Source of the DNA: Eledone cirrhosa
Taxonomy: Eukaryota
DNA: 64,000 bases
Direction of reading: 5' to 3'
Assembly: GCA_964016885.1 (NCBI GenBank)
Contig: OZ024753.1
Span: forward strand, 19,220,001 to 19,284,000
The notes under the pieces are model-generated. The model did no database searches and was not told the origin of the DNA. It saw nothing but the letters and a program-made list of their open reading frames with translations. The position numbers and the translations under genes were made by a program. Of the stretch, positions 37,921 through 52,082 are shown in pieces. Position 1 is the stretch's first letter. Each line of letters starts with the position of its first letter.

Positions 37921-38708
37921 ATGGATAACATCTCTGTCTTGATTTTTTTTAAAATTGCGTTTGAATTATTTTCCCATATCTTAGGTTAATTATTTTCATT
38001 TTTGACGTTATAGTTACTTATATATTATGAATTACTTATATATTATGAAATACTGTTGGCTTCTTGCTCACATTAATTTCTCTATTTTCATTTATATTTA
38101 TACTCGGAATTTTTCCTAGAGTGCTTAAAATTATTTGTGACTAATCCCGGTCTTTTTTATTTTAACCCGCGATAATATTGCTATTTTTCTGAACTCCTTA
38201 CATTCTGTAAAGTTTTTGACTGCCGTTTCTTGTAAACAGACATTCGTCTCATTCTGACGTCACTAGCCATGTTTCTACATGTGTGTTTATTTTCAAAATT
38301 CCGCACGAGGTGAACTAGCCTGCTTTTAAATTACCTTTCTGGCATATTTTAGCAGTGGTTTTGGTTATTGTGTTGAGCTCTACTGAGGAATGACTCCAAC
38401 CGTGACTAATCCCCCTGAAAGGTTTCGTGAAATAGTCTTTTTAAGACTATATAGAGCATTTGTAGTTTTTCCAAATTGAAGGATGAGTATTTAAACTTTA
38501 TTTTATTCTGAGTTAAGACTCTATTAGTTTTTTCCTTGGATTTCACAAAATATGTGGATAAAATCTCTGTCTTGATTATGTTTTTAATTGAGTTTGAATT
38601 ATTTTCCCATATCTTACGTTAATTAAGTTCAATGTTGACGTTATAGTCACTTTTATATTATGAAATACTGTTGGCTTCTTGCTCACATTAATTTCTCTAT
38701 TTTCATTC
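37921..38708 (+). mobile_element. Partial tandem of a ~630-bp non-coding HHR unit inside (TA)n
   Basis: 37922-38092 recurs, diverged, at 38555-38707. Confidence 0.8.
38377..38457 (+). ncRNA. Type I hammerhead with stable stem III
   Basis: gctcta-CTGAGGA-atga...tcgt-GAA-ATAGTCTT ttt AAGACTAT-A-tagagc. Confidence 0.82.
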
Positions 38709-38716
38709 ACATATAT

Positions 38717-38775
<59 letters not shown>

Positions 38776-38777
<2 letters not shown>

Positions 38778-39071
38778 AGAAAATAGAATAGCTCTCACCG
38801 TATTTTTGACTAAAGACATTTTAGCCTGATAATGGGGTTTAGAACCCTCAGATAAATGGAAAAATATGAGTATTGACGTACAAGGGAGTCGAAACCACAT
38901 CTTTGGTTATCCAGACCATTGTGCTACCATTACACCAACACATCATGTTTCGACTCCCATGTACGTAAATACTCATATTTTTTCCATTTATCTGAGGGTT
39001 CTAAACCCCATTATCAGGCTAAAATGTCTTTAGTCAAAAATACGGTGAGAGCTATTCTATTTTCTAATTTC
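38776..39071 (-). mobile_element. tRNA-derived SINE (38776-38936, minus) with an inverted headless copy at its 5' side (38947-39071)
   Basis: Minus-strand head ggtgtaatggtagcac...tggtttcgactcc; arms 38776-38895 / 38947-39067 nearly perfect. Confidence 0.78.
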
Positions 39072-41030
39072 AAACCTGCTCACTATTTAAAAACTTACTT
39101 ACTTGTCATATATATATATATATGTGTGTGTGTACGTGTATATATATATGCATAGCAAATATGTTGACAATGATTATCTTCGGTAAAGTTTACATTTAGG
39201 AAAATATTCAACAGGGTAAACTTTCCTTTCCGCTGGCCATCTAAATCCTTTAAATGTTATCCTCAAAAATTCAGAAGTTTAGAAATGTTAACACACTATT
39301 TTTCACTGTGAAAAATTTGTCAGCATTTTCTATTCTGTTTACCAATATATATATATATCATTATAAGAAAGTGATTGAAATATATTCATACACAGTTAAG
39401 TGTGCATTAATGTATATCAAAATGTAGAACATGAGACAATCTGTAATGAATGTAAGACTACATAATTCGTTGAGTATCTTATTAAATTTAATAAAATATT
39501 TAAAACAAAATACCTGATAACGATCAAATATATTTCCCTCAAATGTATTCTCCACAAAATATGAATATATTTCACCAAATACCTGCGAAACTAGATATTT
39601 TGAAACGGATCATCAGTGAGGGAATTTCAAATCATCTAATCTCTCTAATACTGGGTTGAAAATGTCTAAACACACATGCTATCAATATATGAATTTGAGC
39701 CCTCTACAAATAGCAGCCCAATGTATCGACAATAAACAGCTCACAAAATAAGGAGCAGACATATTTTTATTATTACTCTCAAAGTAATGATAGAAAATTA
39801 AACATATGAATGATAGAAAATTAAACATATGTCTTGTCACTAAAAAACGGCTCGAGATGGAATTCAGAGAATAAAATCGAGCTTTAATCATTATAAGAAA
39901 GTGATTAAGGGTTTTATAATGATTAAGGCTCGATTTTATTCTCTGAATTATATCTTGAGCTGTTTTTAGAGACAGGACATATGTTTGATTTTGTATCATT
40001 CATAAACACCCTTTACGTTGAGAGGAATAGTAATAATATATATATATATATATATAATATTATTCAAAATATTAATAAATGAGAAATATCATAACCAAAA
40101 TATATTTTTTATTATACATATTTCAAAGGTACAATGGTGTTTCAGTACGTTTTCATCAGATAAAATATATAAGAGATTGGATATGCGACATACCAGAGTT
40201 CTTGGGCTATTTAAAGACGGTAGTTATTGACAGTATTGACGGTGGAGAACGTGAGAAAGAGGGAAGTGAGAGAGAGAGAACGAAACAGTGTGTCAGTGGG
40301 AGTAATACTTATAGCGATAGTAGGAGTAGCTATATAAAAGTGGCGGTGGTAGAAGTAAGAGTACAGACATCAGTGACAGTAGGAGTAGCGTGTGTGACGT
40401 CATAAGACAGACGCTGCAGAAAGGTAATGGTGGAAAGATGTAAAAGCTTCTAATTAGAATTAAATTTGATTTATTGCTGTCTTTTAATGACAGTTTTATG
40501 ACAATAATTAGATATAAATTAACATGTTGCACTTGAATCCCTACATTTTATTTTGTCTTTTTGGATAGCTATTTCCATGTGAACAGAAAGGTTTAATTTT
40601 TCGTCTGCTTTACAGGGTTTTATTGAGGGGGTGGCAGAAAGACGTGGTAGCAGTATTAGCAGAAAATTACAGACAGGATAAGCCAGGTTTTATTAACATA
40701 TTAACAGTGGTGAAGGTGGAGGACTGGAGAGAGAGAGAGAGGGTGAGAGAGAGAGAGAGAGAAAGGGTGAGAGGGAGAGAGAAAGGAAAGAGAGAGTGAG
40801 AGAGAAATATATAGAGAGGGGGGAGGGAGAGAAAGAAAGAGAGAGAGAAATAAAGAAAGGAAAGAGAGAGTGAGAAAGAAAGAAAGAGAAAATGAGAGAG
40901 AGAGAGAGAGGACGAAACAGGGAAAGTGTGAACATATATTTTTTATTTTCATTTGGATTAAAACAATGTAACGCTCACACATCTTACTCCCACTACTACC
41001 CTTATTCCTCTCTGAGTGATTACTACTCTA

Positions 41031-41138
<108 letters not shown>

Positions 41139-41356
41139 TTTGGCTCTCAGAAGGGTAGAGAGAGAGGTAAGAAATTAGAGAAAGTGTGGAACAGTGTGAG
41201 AGACGTATACATACAGAAAAGCACTGTGAGAGAGTGAGGTTACAAAGCCACGCAGTTTATCTGTCTGTGTACCTGTATGTTACTTTAACATACACAGAGC
41301 TGAAAAGGGAGATAATGAATTTGGCAAACATGGTGATGTTTGTTTTTTCAAGTTTG

Positions 41357-41436
<80 letters not shown>

Positions 41437-41650
41437 GGTAGAGAGATAATGTGTGAGAGACATATAATTATAGAGAGATTTGGCAAAACACAAAAAACGA
41501 ATATTACTATATCTGTAAATTATATTTTGTATAGATCCAATAGAATTGCTCTCAGAAACAGACCATCAACAAATTCATTGTTCACAACTCCTGGAGCTGC
41601 TTTAAGGTATTATCCATCCCATTCTTCTAAAAATAATAATTCTGTCCAAA

Positions 41651-41885
41651 TTGGTGTGCTCAGGTGGTAAAGTAAGATTGCCAGCACTACCAGCTCCTCC
41701 CCGACATCTTATGGATCATACTTTCATCCTGTCAAAGGATTTTCTGAACAATATTAGACTATGCAACTCTGCATTTCATATGACATCATTTGATGCATTG
41801 AACGAGATAGTTGAATATGGATTTATGCCGACATTCAAAATTCAAGGCAAGTCTCACCTCATTGGTACCATGTTTCCCACAAAAT
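41651..41885 (+). pseudogene. Helitron Rep-helicase N-terminal fragment
   Basis: CSGGKVRLPALPAPP...FLNNIRLCNSAFHMTSF...GFMPTFKIQG, typical of the region upstream of the Helitron Rep domain. Confidence 0.78.
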
Positions 41886-41899
41886 ATACCCATTTCAAC

Positions 41900-42745
41900 A
41901 TACCCATTTCAAAGATGCCTCTGTGCTGATAGGAAATGCATACTTTGCAAGCTAAGCCCACAAACTAACTGCAAAAATAGGAAAGTAATATATTGCATGA
42001 GATAAACTGACAGACAGTGTAGGAATAGAAATATAAGATACATAGGTGAAACAGCCCGTAGCATGGGAGAAAGGATAAGTGAACACTGGTCGGAAGTCCA
42101 GGATGGGAAAACTCATCAGTACTCCACCAACATTCCAAAATAGAACATATGGGCACATTAGAGAACATAGAGATTAAAATTATATCCACGCACAGAAAAG
42201 ATGCAATGCTCAGACAAATCACAGAGGTGATAAACATAAAAGAGCTCCAACCAAAATTAAACAGAAAACATGAGTAGAATAGCAACATCACAACTAGTAA
42301 TTAAGGACAAAATGAAGACATACAAACACACAAAAACCAAACTAACAAAACAAATCAGGCACACACAGATAGAACAAACAACCAACTAGTGACAATTAAA
42401 TAAACACATAAATAAATAAATAAAAACACACCTGTATGTAACGTATGCCCAAACTAAGCACACAACACACAACGCACAAAAACAAGATGGTGTAGGACAG
42501 AACACAAGTGACATACAAAATAAAAACCTAATCACCGAGGAGGTCATATAATGTGTGACGAAAGAGCTTTGACATATATAAACAACCTTCCGGTTATCGA
42601 ACCAACCAATTAACCGGAAATTTATAATAAATTGAAGTGAAATCCAACAGGTGCATGTTTTTATTGGCAACATGACCCTCCCAAAGTATAACAATATCTG
42701 TTTCAACACGTTTTCAGATAAAAAAAAACAAAAAAAACGAAGTAC
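41900..42745 (+). mobile_element. 3' remnant of a PLE related to 932-3355 (GIY-YIG plus pLTR with mutated HHR at ~42531-42575)
   Basis: YIGETARSMGERISEH and RKDAMLRQITE..NIKELQPKLN; pLTR similar to 3160-3355. Confidence 0.88.
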
Positions 42746-43758
42746 ACACGCACGTGCGCGCGCGCAAACACACACACACTTAAAACATCTTGAAGAACAT
42801 TCGCTATGAGTTCTAAAGTAGTGACTATGTCATTTTTTCGGCAAAAATAAAGGGAGAGTGATTGACAATATGTTTCTCGCTTGTTAGCGTTTATAAGGAC
42901 CACACACTCCCCTGCTTTTGCCGAAAATGATAGAAGCTGGATTCTTATAGAATTCCAGTAATATTTAAGAGCTAATTAAACAGAGCGGGTGGAGGACCAG
43001 CAAAAAGTAGGTATTAGTATTGGTGCTCTGAAATAGCAATGTATACATGAATGTATGTATAGTATATTTGGCAGAATATATCTGTGTGTGTGTATATATA
43101 TATGTTCATATGTCACTTCCAGAAGATGTAACAATAAAATAATTAATAGTAAAATTACAAGAACTTCTTTATTGATCTGAGACGACAAAACCAAGTCTAA
43201 TCAATCAACAACCAAACATAAAAGACTTCAAATGACTGTAAAAAGTTCTACAATGAGTTCTTTACGCAGCTTTCTGCTGTTTCTGTAACTCACGAAATTT
43301 AATGAAAGTTAAATATCGACAGGTTTTATTGCCAAAGGAGGGAAGTGTGTTAATTCAAGTACAGCAATGTTAATGTAATTTAAATGTTGTCCACTTTTAA
43401 GATACGCTGACCACTTACAACGGTTCATAAAATTCGAGTTAATAACTTCAGTAGTGAGGAGAGAATAGAAGCGAGACTATTTTCTTTTTTATTGCACTAA
43501 GGATGTTATATGACAATAAAGGCAACAACTGAAAGGGAATTGAGACTTATCTTATTGTTAGAAATAGAACAGCAGAAAAATATAATTGACTGTCGTTAGA
43601 AATACCCGTATTCTCATCATGTATATTTACATGAGCACGAATATTTCCGAAAGATATTTGCTCTGATATATGGAAGAATTTGGTCTATAACGGATTTCTA
43701 ACGTCTGTAGTACTGTCCGTGGGGGCGACACGATTAAACATGTACACAGATATCATTT

Positions 43759-43858
<100 letters not shown>

Positions 43859-44041
43859 CATATATCAACATGAATGGACATGTTATTTTTATCTAACGAC
43901 ATTTTTTTCTAAGTCCAGCCCGCTCGTCCCTTCAATCTATCTTATATATCATTCTTTCTTCTGATGAAGGCCTAGCGTCAGAAACGTTAAGACCGATTGT
44001 GTTGTTATTTTTGTTTACCTTTTATACACCCTCCCCCTCAC

Positions 44042-44101
<60 letters not shown>

Positions 44102-44136
44102 AAATTAAAAGATGGTTTAAATAGTTCCATATATTT

Positions 44137-44197
44137 TATTATGCGCATTTCAAAAACAAATATGATCCTGTGACGAGAGTTGCGTTCTCATCAGATA
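44137..44197 (-). ncRNA. Candidate hammerhead with weak stem I
   Basis: Minus strand: tat-CTGATGA-gaac...gtttt-t-GAA-ATGCGCAT-A-ata. Confidence 0.5.
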
Positions 44198-44434
44198 TGT
44201 ATAAGGTAACATGATATGATGCATAAAAAACACTTGTGAACAAGGAAGTGTCCAGACAACAAATGATAAATAAATAGAAAAGGATAGAAAAGATTGGAAA
44301 CAAAAGGAAGGAAGATGAAAATAGGAACAAAGAAGGAGAAGATAACGGAGGAAAAATTTAAGAAGGAAGGAGAGAGAAAGAGAATGAATGTATAGATTAT
44401 ATATATACTGAAAGAAAAAACATATATATATGTT

Positions 44435-47268
44435 TGTGTGTTGCTGATGCACAAACTGTTGATGGCGTAGACGAGCTGCAGTCTCTCGCCGAACGGCCCA
44501 GTGACCTCTTCCACTCCTTGTCTGTTGCAGTCAATCTGAGCACTGAAATCACGGGTCAATAGTTTGATGTCATGGGTGGGCAATTCATTGAATGTGTCCT
44601 GTAGTTGTTCGTAGAAGGCATCCTTGTTGATGTCGTTTGGGTTGCGTCATCAATCGGTCTGTAGCCCTGAACAACAGTGACCTTCGCATAATTACTCTGA
44701 AAACGAGAGGTTATGATACGTTTCCTGACTGGCTCCCATCCGACCAACGCTCGAGTCACTCGGGCGCTAAGGCAGAAGTCCAACTCCATGGACGTCCGTG
44801 TCTTGGTGTCCAGAGTAGAGCAGAGTTGTTCCTCTGTTCCAGCGCATTTCACTCACACCCAGAATGTCCAGATGGTAGTGGTCAAACTCGCGCAGTTGCT
44901 GAGCCAGCTCTCCTGCCTGGTACAGTGTTCCAAGTCGCGTCTTTGTTTTGGCGCTCAAAATCTGGGTCATCGGGCTCCAACGTCATTTCGGCTTTGGTTG
45001 AGGTCCGTCAAGTATGGAATCTTTCCCTCGCCTTCATCTTTGCGCCATTCATTTAAATTTCCTTTAGTTTTCCTTACTGTTAGCCACGATGAGGCGTCCT
45101 TCAAGACCAGGGAACTCAAGAGCTCGTTCATCAGCAACACCTACTTCGAACACAAGGTGATTCACAAAGCTACTTGGCAGTCTCGGGACCAGAAAAGCCA
45201 CAACGAGATCGACTGTATACATCAATCAGCGTTGGCTGTCAGAGTGTACCGAGGTGCAGACGTGGGCTCAGAGAACCACCTACTGGGTGCCGAACTTCAG
45301 CTGCACCTGGTCAAGCGTGACTATAACAATTGGCGAGGCACAACTGATTCCAGCAGCTCAGTAAGTCTGCAGATCTGGAAGATCAGTGGGCGATGATTGC
45401 GTCAACTGTGACTAGAGCAGCACAAGAAACTGTTGGCCGAAGGCGAGGAACGAGGAGAGAACAATGGATCCAGGAACCGACGTGGAACGAAAGAAGTTCA
45501 ACGAGATTCTGCCAGATCGGGGGAAGACAAACGGAAAAGAGAAGCCACATACCACCATATTGATCGACTGGTAAAGTGAAGCTGCCGGCGAGACAAACAC
45601 GTCTGGCTGGAGAAAAAAGGTGCTGAGGGAGGTAACGGGAGTGTTGAGCCTGCCAACATGCCAGTGAGTAGAACAGGACCAGAGATGGATGAGGCACTTC
45701 CGAGTGACGCTGGACCAACAAAATTCAGTCGACCTCATAGACTTAACCGCATAGACCCCAGTAAGCGCTGCGGTATTCAAGGTCTGCTAGGACCAAATCA
45801 CCAAGCAGGAGACGAGAGATGCGGTGAGCGAATTAGAAACGCCAAAGAAGGCCGGCTGGATGAGATCTTTAAAGAGTTGCTCCAATTCGCTGAAGATAGC
45901 ATGATAACAGTATTTACAAACTGGATGAACCACTGCTGGAGGGTTGGTCGGGTTCCTCTTGAGTGTCAACGCGGTATCATCATCAATCTATCGATGAAGG
46001 GAAAACTGATCGACTGCAACAACTGGCGTGGTATCACATTTCTGTCAGTCCCAGGCAAGGCGTTTTGCACTGTTCTGCTGCGTCGACTTCGGCAAGCTGT
46101 CACCTCTCTGGATGGGGAAGAACAAGCCGGCTTCCGAAACAACCGATCTTGTACCGAACAGATCTTCACACTACGCAACATCCTCGAACAATGCGTTGAG
46201 CTCCAGCAACCTTTGGCGGTCAAATTCATTGATTTCCAGAAGGTATTCGACAGTGTGCATCAGAAATCGCCGTGTAATATCGCGCACTTGTATGGCATTC
46301 CTGCAAGATTCATTGCCATTTTCAAGGCCCTGTACGCTAACTCTAGCTGCTGCGTGTAAACTGAATCCGGTGTGACGAAGTTCCTTGACATTGTCTCCCG
46401 AGTCAGACAGGGCTGCATTCTTTGTCCGCTGTTGTTATTGTTAGTAACCGATTTCGTTCTAAGGCGAAGAGACAAAGGACCCGGTGGAGGCCAGTCGAGG
46501 GTGAACATAGTGCAGATCTGCGAGCTCTAACAACATCCCTGCAAGAGAGTACGGAAAAGATCGGCCTGACAATCAACACAAAAAAAAACCATGGTGATGA
46601 GGAAAGCCAACAACACAGGTCCAGCGATCAGAGCCAACCAACAAGTTCTGGAGAAAGTCGATCACCTTACTATCTGGGCAGCATCCTGGCAAGAAATGGC
46701 GACGCGGAGCTCGACATCAAACGTCGGATCGGCAAAGGAGCCGCAGTTTTTCAGCGGTTTCGCCTAGTCTGGTTGTCTCAAATATCAGCACCAGGATCAA
46801 GCTGCGCCTGTACAAGAGCATCGTGCTGCCGACAGTGCTTTACGCGAGCGAAACTTGGAAGAGAGTGGCAAAGATAGAGAGATGGCTGAACATTTTCCAC
46901 TAACGGTGCCAGTGAAGGATCCTTAGTGTGTCCTGGCGTGACTGAGTACAAAACGAGGGAATCCTGCGGAGAGCCGGATCGTGGACGCTGCAGAGGGCGG
47001 TAACGGAGCAGTAGTGCCGTCTGGCTGGATATATTCTGCGGCTGCCCGACGAACAACACTCGAAAACAGCGATGAGCTGGATCCTCCTGCCGGCAAACAG
47101 TAGCTGGGTTGCCCCAGGATCACCTGCCGATGAACGTTCCAAAAAGACCTGATGGCAGCCAACATCACTTAGCACGGACACGAGAATGTTGCCGCTGATC
47201 TTGACCGCTGGGGACAGCTAACTGCTCGATGCGCCGAACGGCACGGAAGAACCTAAGACTAAGACTAA
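44435..47268 (+). mobile_element. Degenerate RTE/RTE-X-type LINE with inverted 5' segment (44435-45125 minus; 45130-47268 plus), (TAAGAC)n tail
   Basis: APE motifs (DILGVSEMRW, RIITSRF) on minus; ISNTYFEHK, NWRGITFLSVPGK, EEQAGFR, FIDFQKVFDSVH on plus; ends cctaagactaagactaa. Confidence 0.87.
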
Positions 47269-47689
47269 TATATATATGTACACACCTGAAATTGCCTGTT
47301 GTTAGGGACATGAATGTTCTCATCATTTATTTTTGACCTGGCACAGATACTAAAACCTTTATTGCTAGGATAATTACAAATATTAATTGTCCATACTTCT
47401 CCTTGGATGAATGTCTTCTCTAATGGATACATAACGTCTGATGACCAAGCATTTCACTCAGTGTTGATACGAAACCATCTAAAGTTGAAATACAATAAGA
47501 GTGAATTACAAAGGTTTAACGAAACCATCTAAAGTTGAAATAAAATAAGAGTGAATTACAAAGGTTTAATTAGATTGTAGAAGTTGGATGAATTTGTAGT
47601 GAGAACTTTGTAAAACAACTGACTAATGGTTTCTTATATAATCGCCACCAGTGTGTTACTTGTAATTTAGTTATCGACCCAGTAAGGAT

Positions 47690-48005
47690 CAGAGATACGG
47701 CGAGGAAATGGTAGAATCATTAGAACGTTGTCACCCTCCTCACTGAGTTCAAATCTTGCCGGGGTTAACTTCGTCTTTTATCAGAGTTCGATAAAATAAA
47801 ATACCATTATATTATTGGATTGGCAGTATCGGTAGAGGGTCGGACGCCATGCTTTGCAGCATATAGTTACGTCCCTTCACGGTCTGGGTTCAAATCCCGT
47901 CGAGGTTAACTTTGCCTTTCATCTTTACGGGATCAATAAAATAAAGTAGCAGTCATGCACTGGAATAATTGCTCGCTTTGTGCCAAAAGTAGAAACAAGT
48001 ATTAT
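47690..48005 (+). mobile_element. Two OK-like SINE copies (one degenerate)
   Basis: ggattggcagtatcggtagaggg...gggttcaaatcccg...gtgccaaaagtagaaacaa. Confidence 0.8.
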
Positions 48006-48286
48006 TATTGGGTCCAATTCTTCCTCTATGTCCATCTCTCACTTCCATTCTCTCGCTCCTATATCCTTCTCTCGAAGAAATCTACTGTAGTCAGACTTGG
48101 AGAAGAGATGGGCTACACCAGGTTTTAATATTCTCAAGAAACACCCTAAGAAAATACGGCGCCCCAACGACTTTCTTACGAGGTAAGGCAACTTTAAAAA
48201 TCAAATGATAGGCAAAGCTAACCTCGGCGGGATTTCAGCTCAGTATTTACAAGGAATTAAGCATACGTTGGAAAGTATGCTGCCTG

Positions 48287-48762
48287 ACAATCTGCCGTTA
48301 CTAACAATCTACCGTTACTAACAAGACAATCTACCGTTACTAACAAGACAATCTACCGTTACTAACAAGACAATCTACCGTTACTAATAATCTACTGTTA
48401 CTGACAAGACAATCTAAAGTTACTAACAATCTACTGTTACTAACACTCTGCCGTTACTAACAATCTATCGTTACTAACAAGACAATCTAACGTTACAAAC
48501 AATCTACCGTTACTAACAATCTAATGTTACTAACAATCTAACGTTACTAACAATCAACAGTTACTAACAATCTAACGTTACTAATAATCTACCGTTATTA
48601 ACAATCAACCGTTACTAACAATCAACTGTTACTAACAATTAACTGTTACTATCAATCTACCGTTACTAACAATGTACTGTTACTAACAATCCACCGTTAC
48701 TAACAATCTAACGTTACTAACAATCTACCGTTACTAACAATCTACCGTAACTAACAATCCAC
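48287..48762 (+). repeat. ~17-bp minisatellite (ccgttactaacaatcta) attached to an OK-like SINE fragment at 48205-48290
   Basis: Tandem units visible directly. Confidence 0.9.
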
Positions 48763-49062
48763 TACATTAAATAGGTATTTAATTCAATGTAAAATAATGT
48801 TTACAAGTGCAGTTTACATTCCCTCTCTCTTCCGTTAGATATTTTCAAAGTATACCAAAACAAAACAGATTTATGTTTTATTACATCAACACACGAGAAA
48901 GCCAGCCATAGCGGTAATTAAAGTAACAAGTAAAGATTCTCAATTTTCTACCATTTAACTGTCTTTTGGGAATAGAAAAATGTTCCTTTTTATCAATAAG
49001 TTGAAGTAAATATTTCTTTTTAACTCTTTCACACACACATAACACGATCACACACACATAAA

Positions 49063-49133
<71 letters not shown>

Positions 49134-49134
<1 letters not shown>

Positions 49135-49467
49135 ATTATGAATAAAATAACAGGAGGCTGGACTGGTGTATATCCTTGAAAAGTTTATTATGCTATGATC
49201 ATTTCAATGTCGGGTTCCGTATGAATCCGGTGATATCATCAGGTATTGAGGGCGACTGATTGAGGTGAAAACAGCTAGTTGGTCAGTCGTCCTCTCTGTC
49301 TCTGGGTTTCGGACCCATGTATTTTTAAATATTCGTTTGTTATATTTCGAATACCTGATGATATCACCGGATTCATACGGAACCTGGTCATTGAAATTAT
49401 CATAGTATAATGCACTTTTCAAGGATTTACACCAGTCCAGCCTCCTGTTATTTTATTCATAATAATT
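49134..49467. mobile_element. Inverted-repeat HHR element (arms ~49134-49247 / 49350-49467), one hammerhead per arm (49190-49246 -, 49351-49408 +)
   Basis: atac-CTGATGA-tatcaccgg...ctggtcatt-GAA-AT(T/G)ATCAT-A-gtat; abuts (TA)n. Confidence 0.75.
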
Positions 49468-49752
49468 AACTCCGTAATCGCAGCACCAACTACACAAACA
49501 AAGACGGGTGAACTGCACTACGTTGAGTACTTTCCATAATATTTCATCAATATTGACCATACGGAATGACCAATCCTATCCGGTGGTGAACCAACAAACC
49601 TAAATATATATATATTTATTAAAATAACAGATTAAAGTTTAAGCAAAGAATCGCTGCTTTCACCCTTAACGGGATCTTCTGAAACTATATTTCATATATC
49701 GAGCCCTCTTTGGATTTTAGTATTCAAATTTATTATTATTACTATATATATC

Positions 49753-50342
<590 letters not shown>

Positions 50343-50344
50343 AT

Positions 50345-51865
50345 ATCTATCTATCTATCTAAGGCGGGTAAAATTCCCGAGATCCATGGACCAACAGACC
50401 AGTGTCTGTCCTTAGGGCATCAACATATGTTAACCTTGCTCTTCCTCTTCTAGTGTGTCCATGTAGGGGCTCCCAAAGGAGCACTGAGTGCAATGTCAAC
50501 TCTGGATGTCAGTGAGCATGTCCAGCCAACCTCAGTCTTCTCTGTGTCACTTTTGAGCTGACTTTTGGGATGCTCCCATACAGCTCTGAGTTTTTCATCC
50601 TCAGTGTATACTGATTAATGTTCAGAGCCATCCTCAGCATTCTCGTGTAGCACCTATCCACCATCTGAGTGAGTCTCTTGATCAGTGTCCAAGTCTCAGA
50701 CCCATACAGCAGCACAGACTCCACTACAGCAATGAAGAGGCGGATTTTCAGGTCTCTACGAAGGTCCGACTTCCACACCGATCTCAAGCTGTGACACGCC
50801 GCCCAGGCCTTGCTCTTCCTCTCAACCACACCATCTTCCGTATTCCCAATCTTTGCTCCCAAATACAGGAAGTCCTCAACCAATTCCATCGGCTTCCCGC
50901 CTACATTAGTGATCCCCTCTGGCTTCTCAACATTCTCTACCAGATATTTTGTTTTAGTCTCATTCATTCTCAGCCCCACACTCATCGACACAGTCTCAAC
51001 CTCCCGCATCAAATCCTTTGCCTCCTTCACTGTATTTGTCACCAAAACTATGTCGTCGGCAAATTCAGCATCCGATACCTTTTTCGCCCCAACTCTCCTG
51101 CTCTGAGTCGGTGCTACAGTAAAGCCAGAGTCCTGGTGTTTCTCCAGTGCAAGGCGCATACAATAGTCCACTACGATGATAAAAAGGTAGGGAGCCAATG
51201 TATCTCCCTGGAGCACTCCAGCCAGTATCTCAAAGAACTCTGTCATCCCATCAAGTGTAATGACTTGGGCTTTGGTTTTGGTGTAGAGCAGTGATATCAG
51301 GTCCACTATCCTCTTGGGGATTCCATAAGCCTGTAAGATCTTCATCAGGCAGTAACGGTCCACAGAATCAAAGGCCTTCCTAAAGTCAATGAAAACCATG
51401 ACCGCAGGAAGGCACTTTGCTCTAGCTCCCTCTAATATCCTCCTCAGCATCAGGATGTGACTGGTGGTTGATCTACCCTCTCTGAATCCGTTCTGGTTAT
51501 CCCTGAGCTTCTTCTCCATCTCAGGCTGGATCCTGTTAAGAATCATCCTGTTGAGGGTCTTTGCCACAAGTGACGTCAGTGAGATCCCCCGGTAGTTGTT
51601 GGTGTTAGAGAGATCTCCCTTCTTTGGCACTGAGACGATGTTACTGATCCTCCACTGATTCGGGGCAACTCCTTTCTCCAGTGCCCCGTTACAGAACCCC
51701 AGGATGATATCATCAAAATAACACGTCTTCATCACCTCTGATGCCACTCCATCTTCTCCATGAGCCTTGCCCTCCTTGATCTTCTTCTTGGCTCTCTGAA
51801 GCTCCTCTCTGGTGAAGGGCTCTGTCTCAACATCCAGTTCCTCAAACAGCCGCCTGATCTCCCAT
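50345..51865 (-). mobile_element. 5'-truncated RTE-clade LINE with (AGAT)n tail
   Basis: RT ORF 50509-51882; (ATCT)n at 50345-50360. Confidence 0.9.
50509..51865 (-). CDS. Reverse transcriptase domain (about 450 aa open, truncated)
   Basis: NYRGISLTS, NQNGFREGRST, FIDFRKAFDSV, GVLQGDTLAPYLF, EFADD, FLYLG, LLYGSETW. Confidence 0.88.
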
Positions 51866-51916
51866 ATATACATATCTCCCATATATACATATATGTATGT
51901 ACGTATACATACTTAT

Positions 51917-51976
<60 letters not shown>

Positions 51977-52051
51977 TCACTCTCAGTGTGAACCTAATAC
52001 TAACACTTTTTACACCACTCTTCGCTATTGTCTTTGTTTTCTGTTTTAACT

Positions 52052-52082
<31 letters not shown>

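Noticed and set aside
48287-48762. CRISPR-like regular repeats
   Set aside because: Units are contiguous with no unique spacers, there are no cas genes, and the context is eukaryotic.
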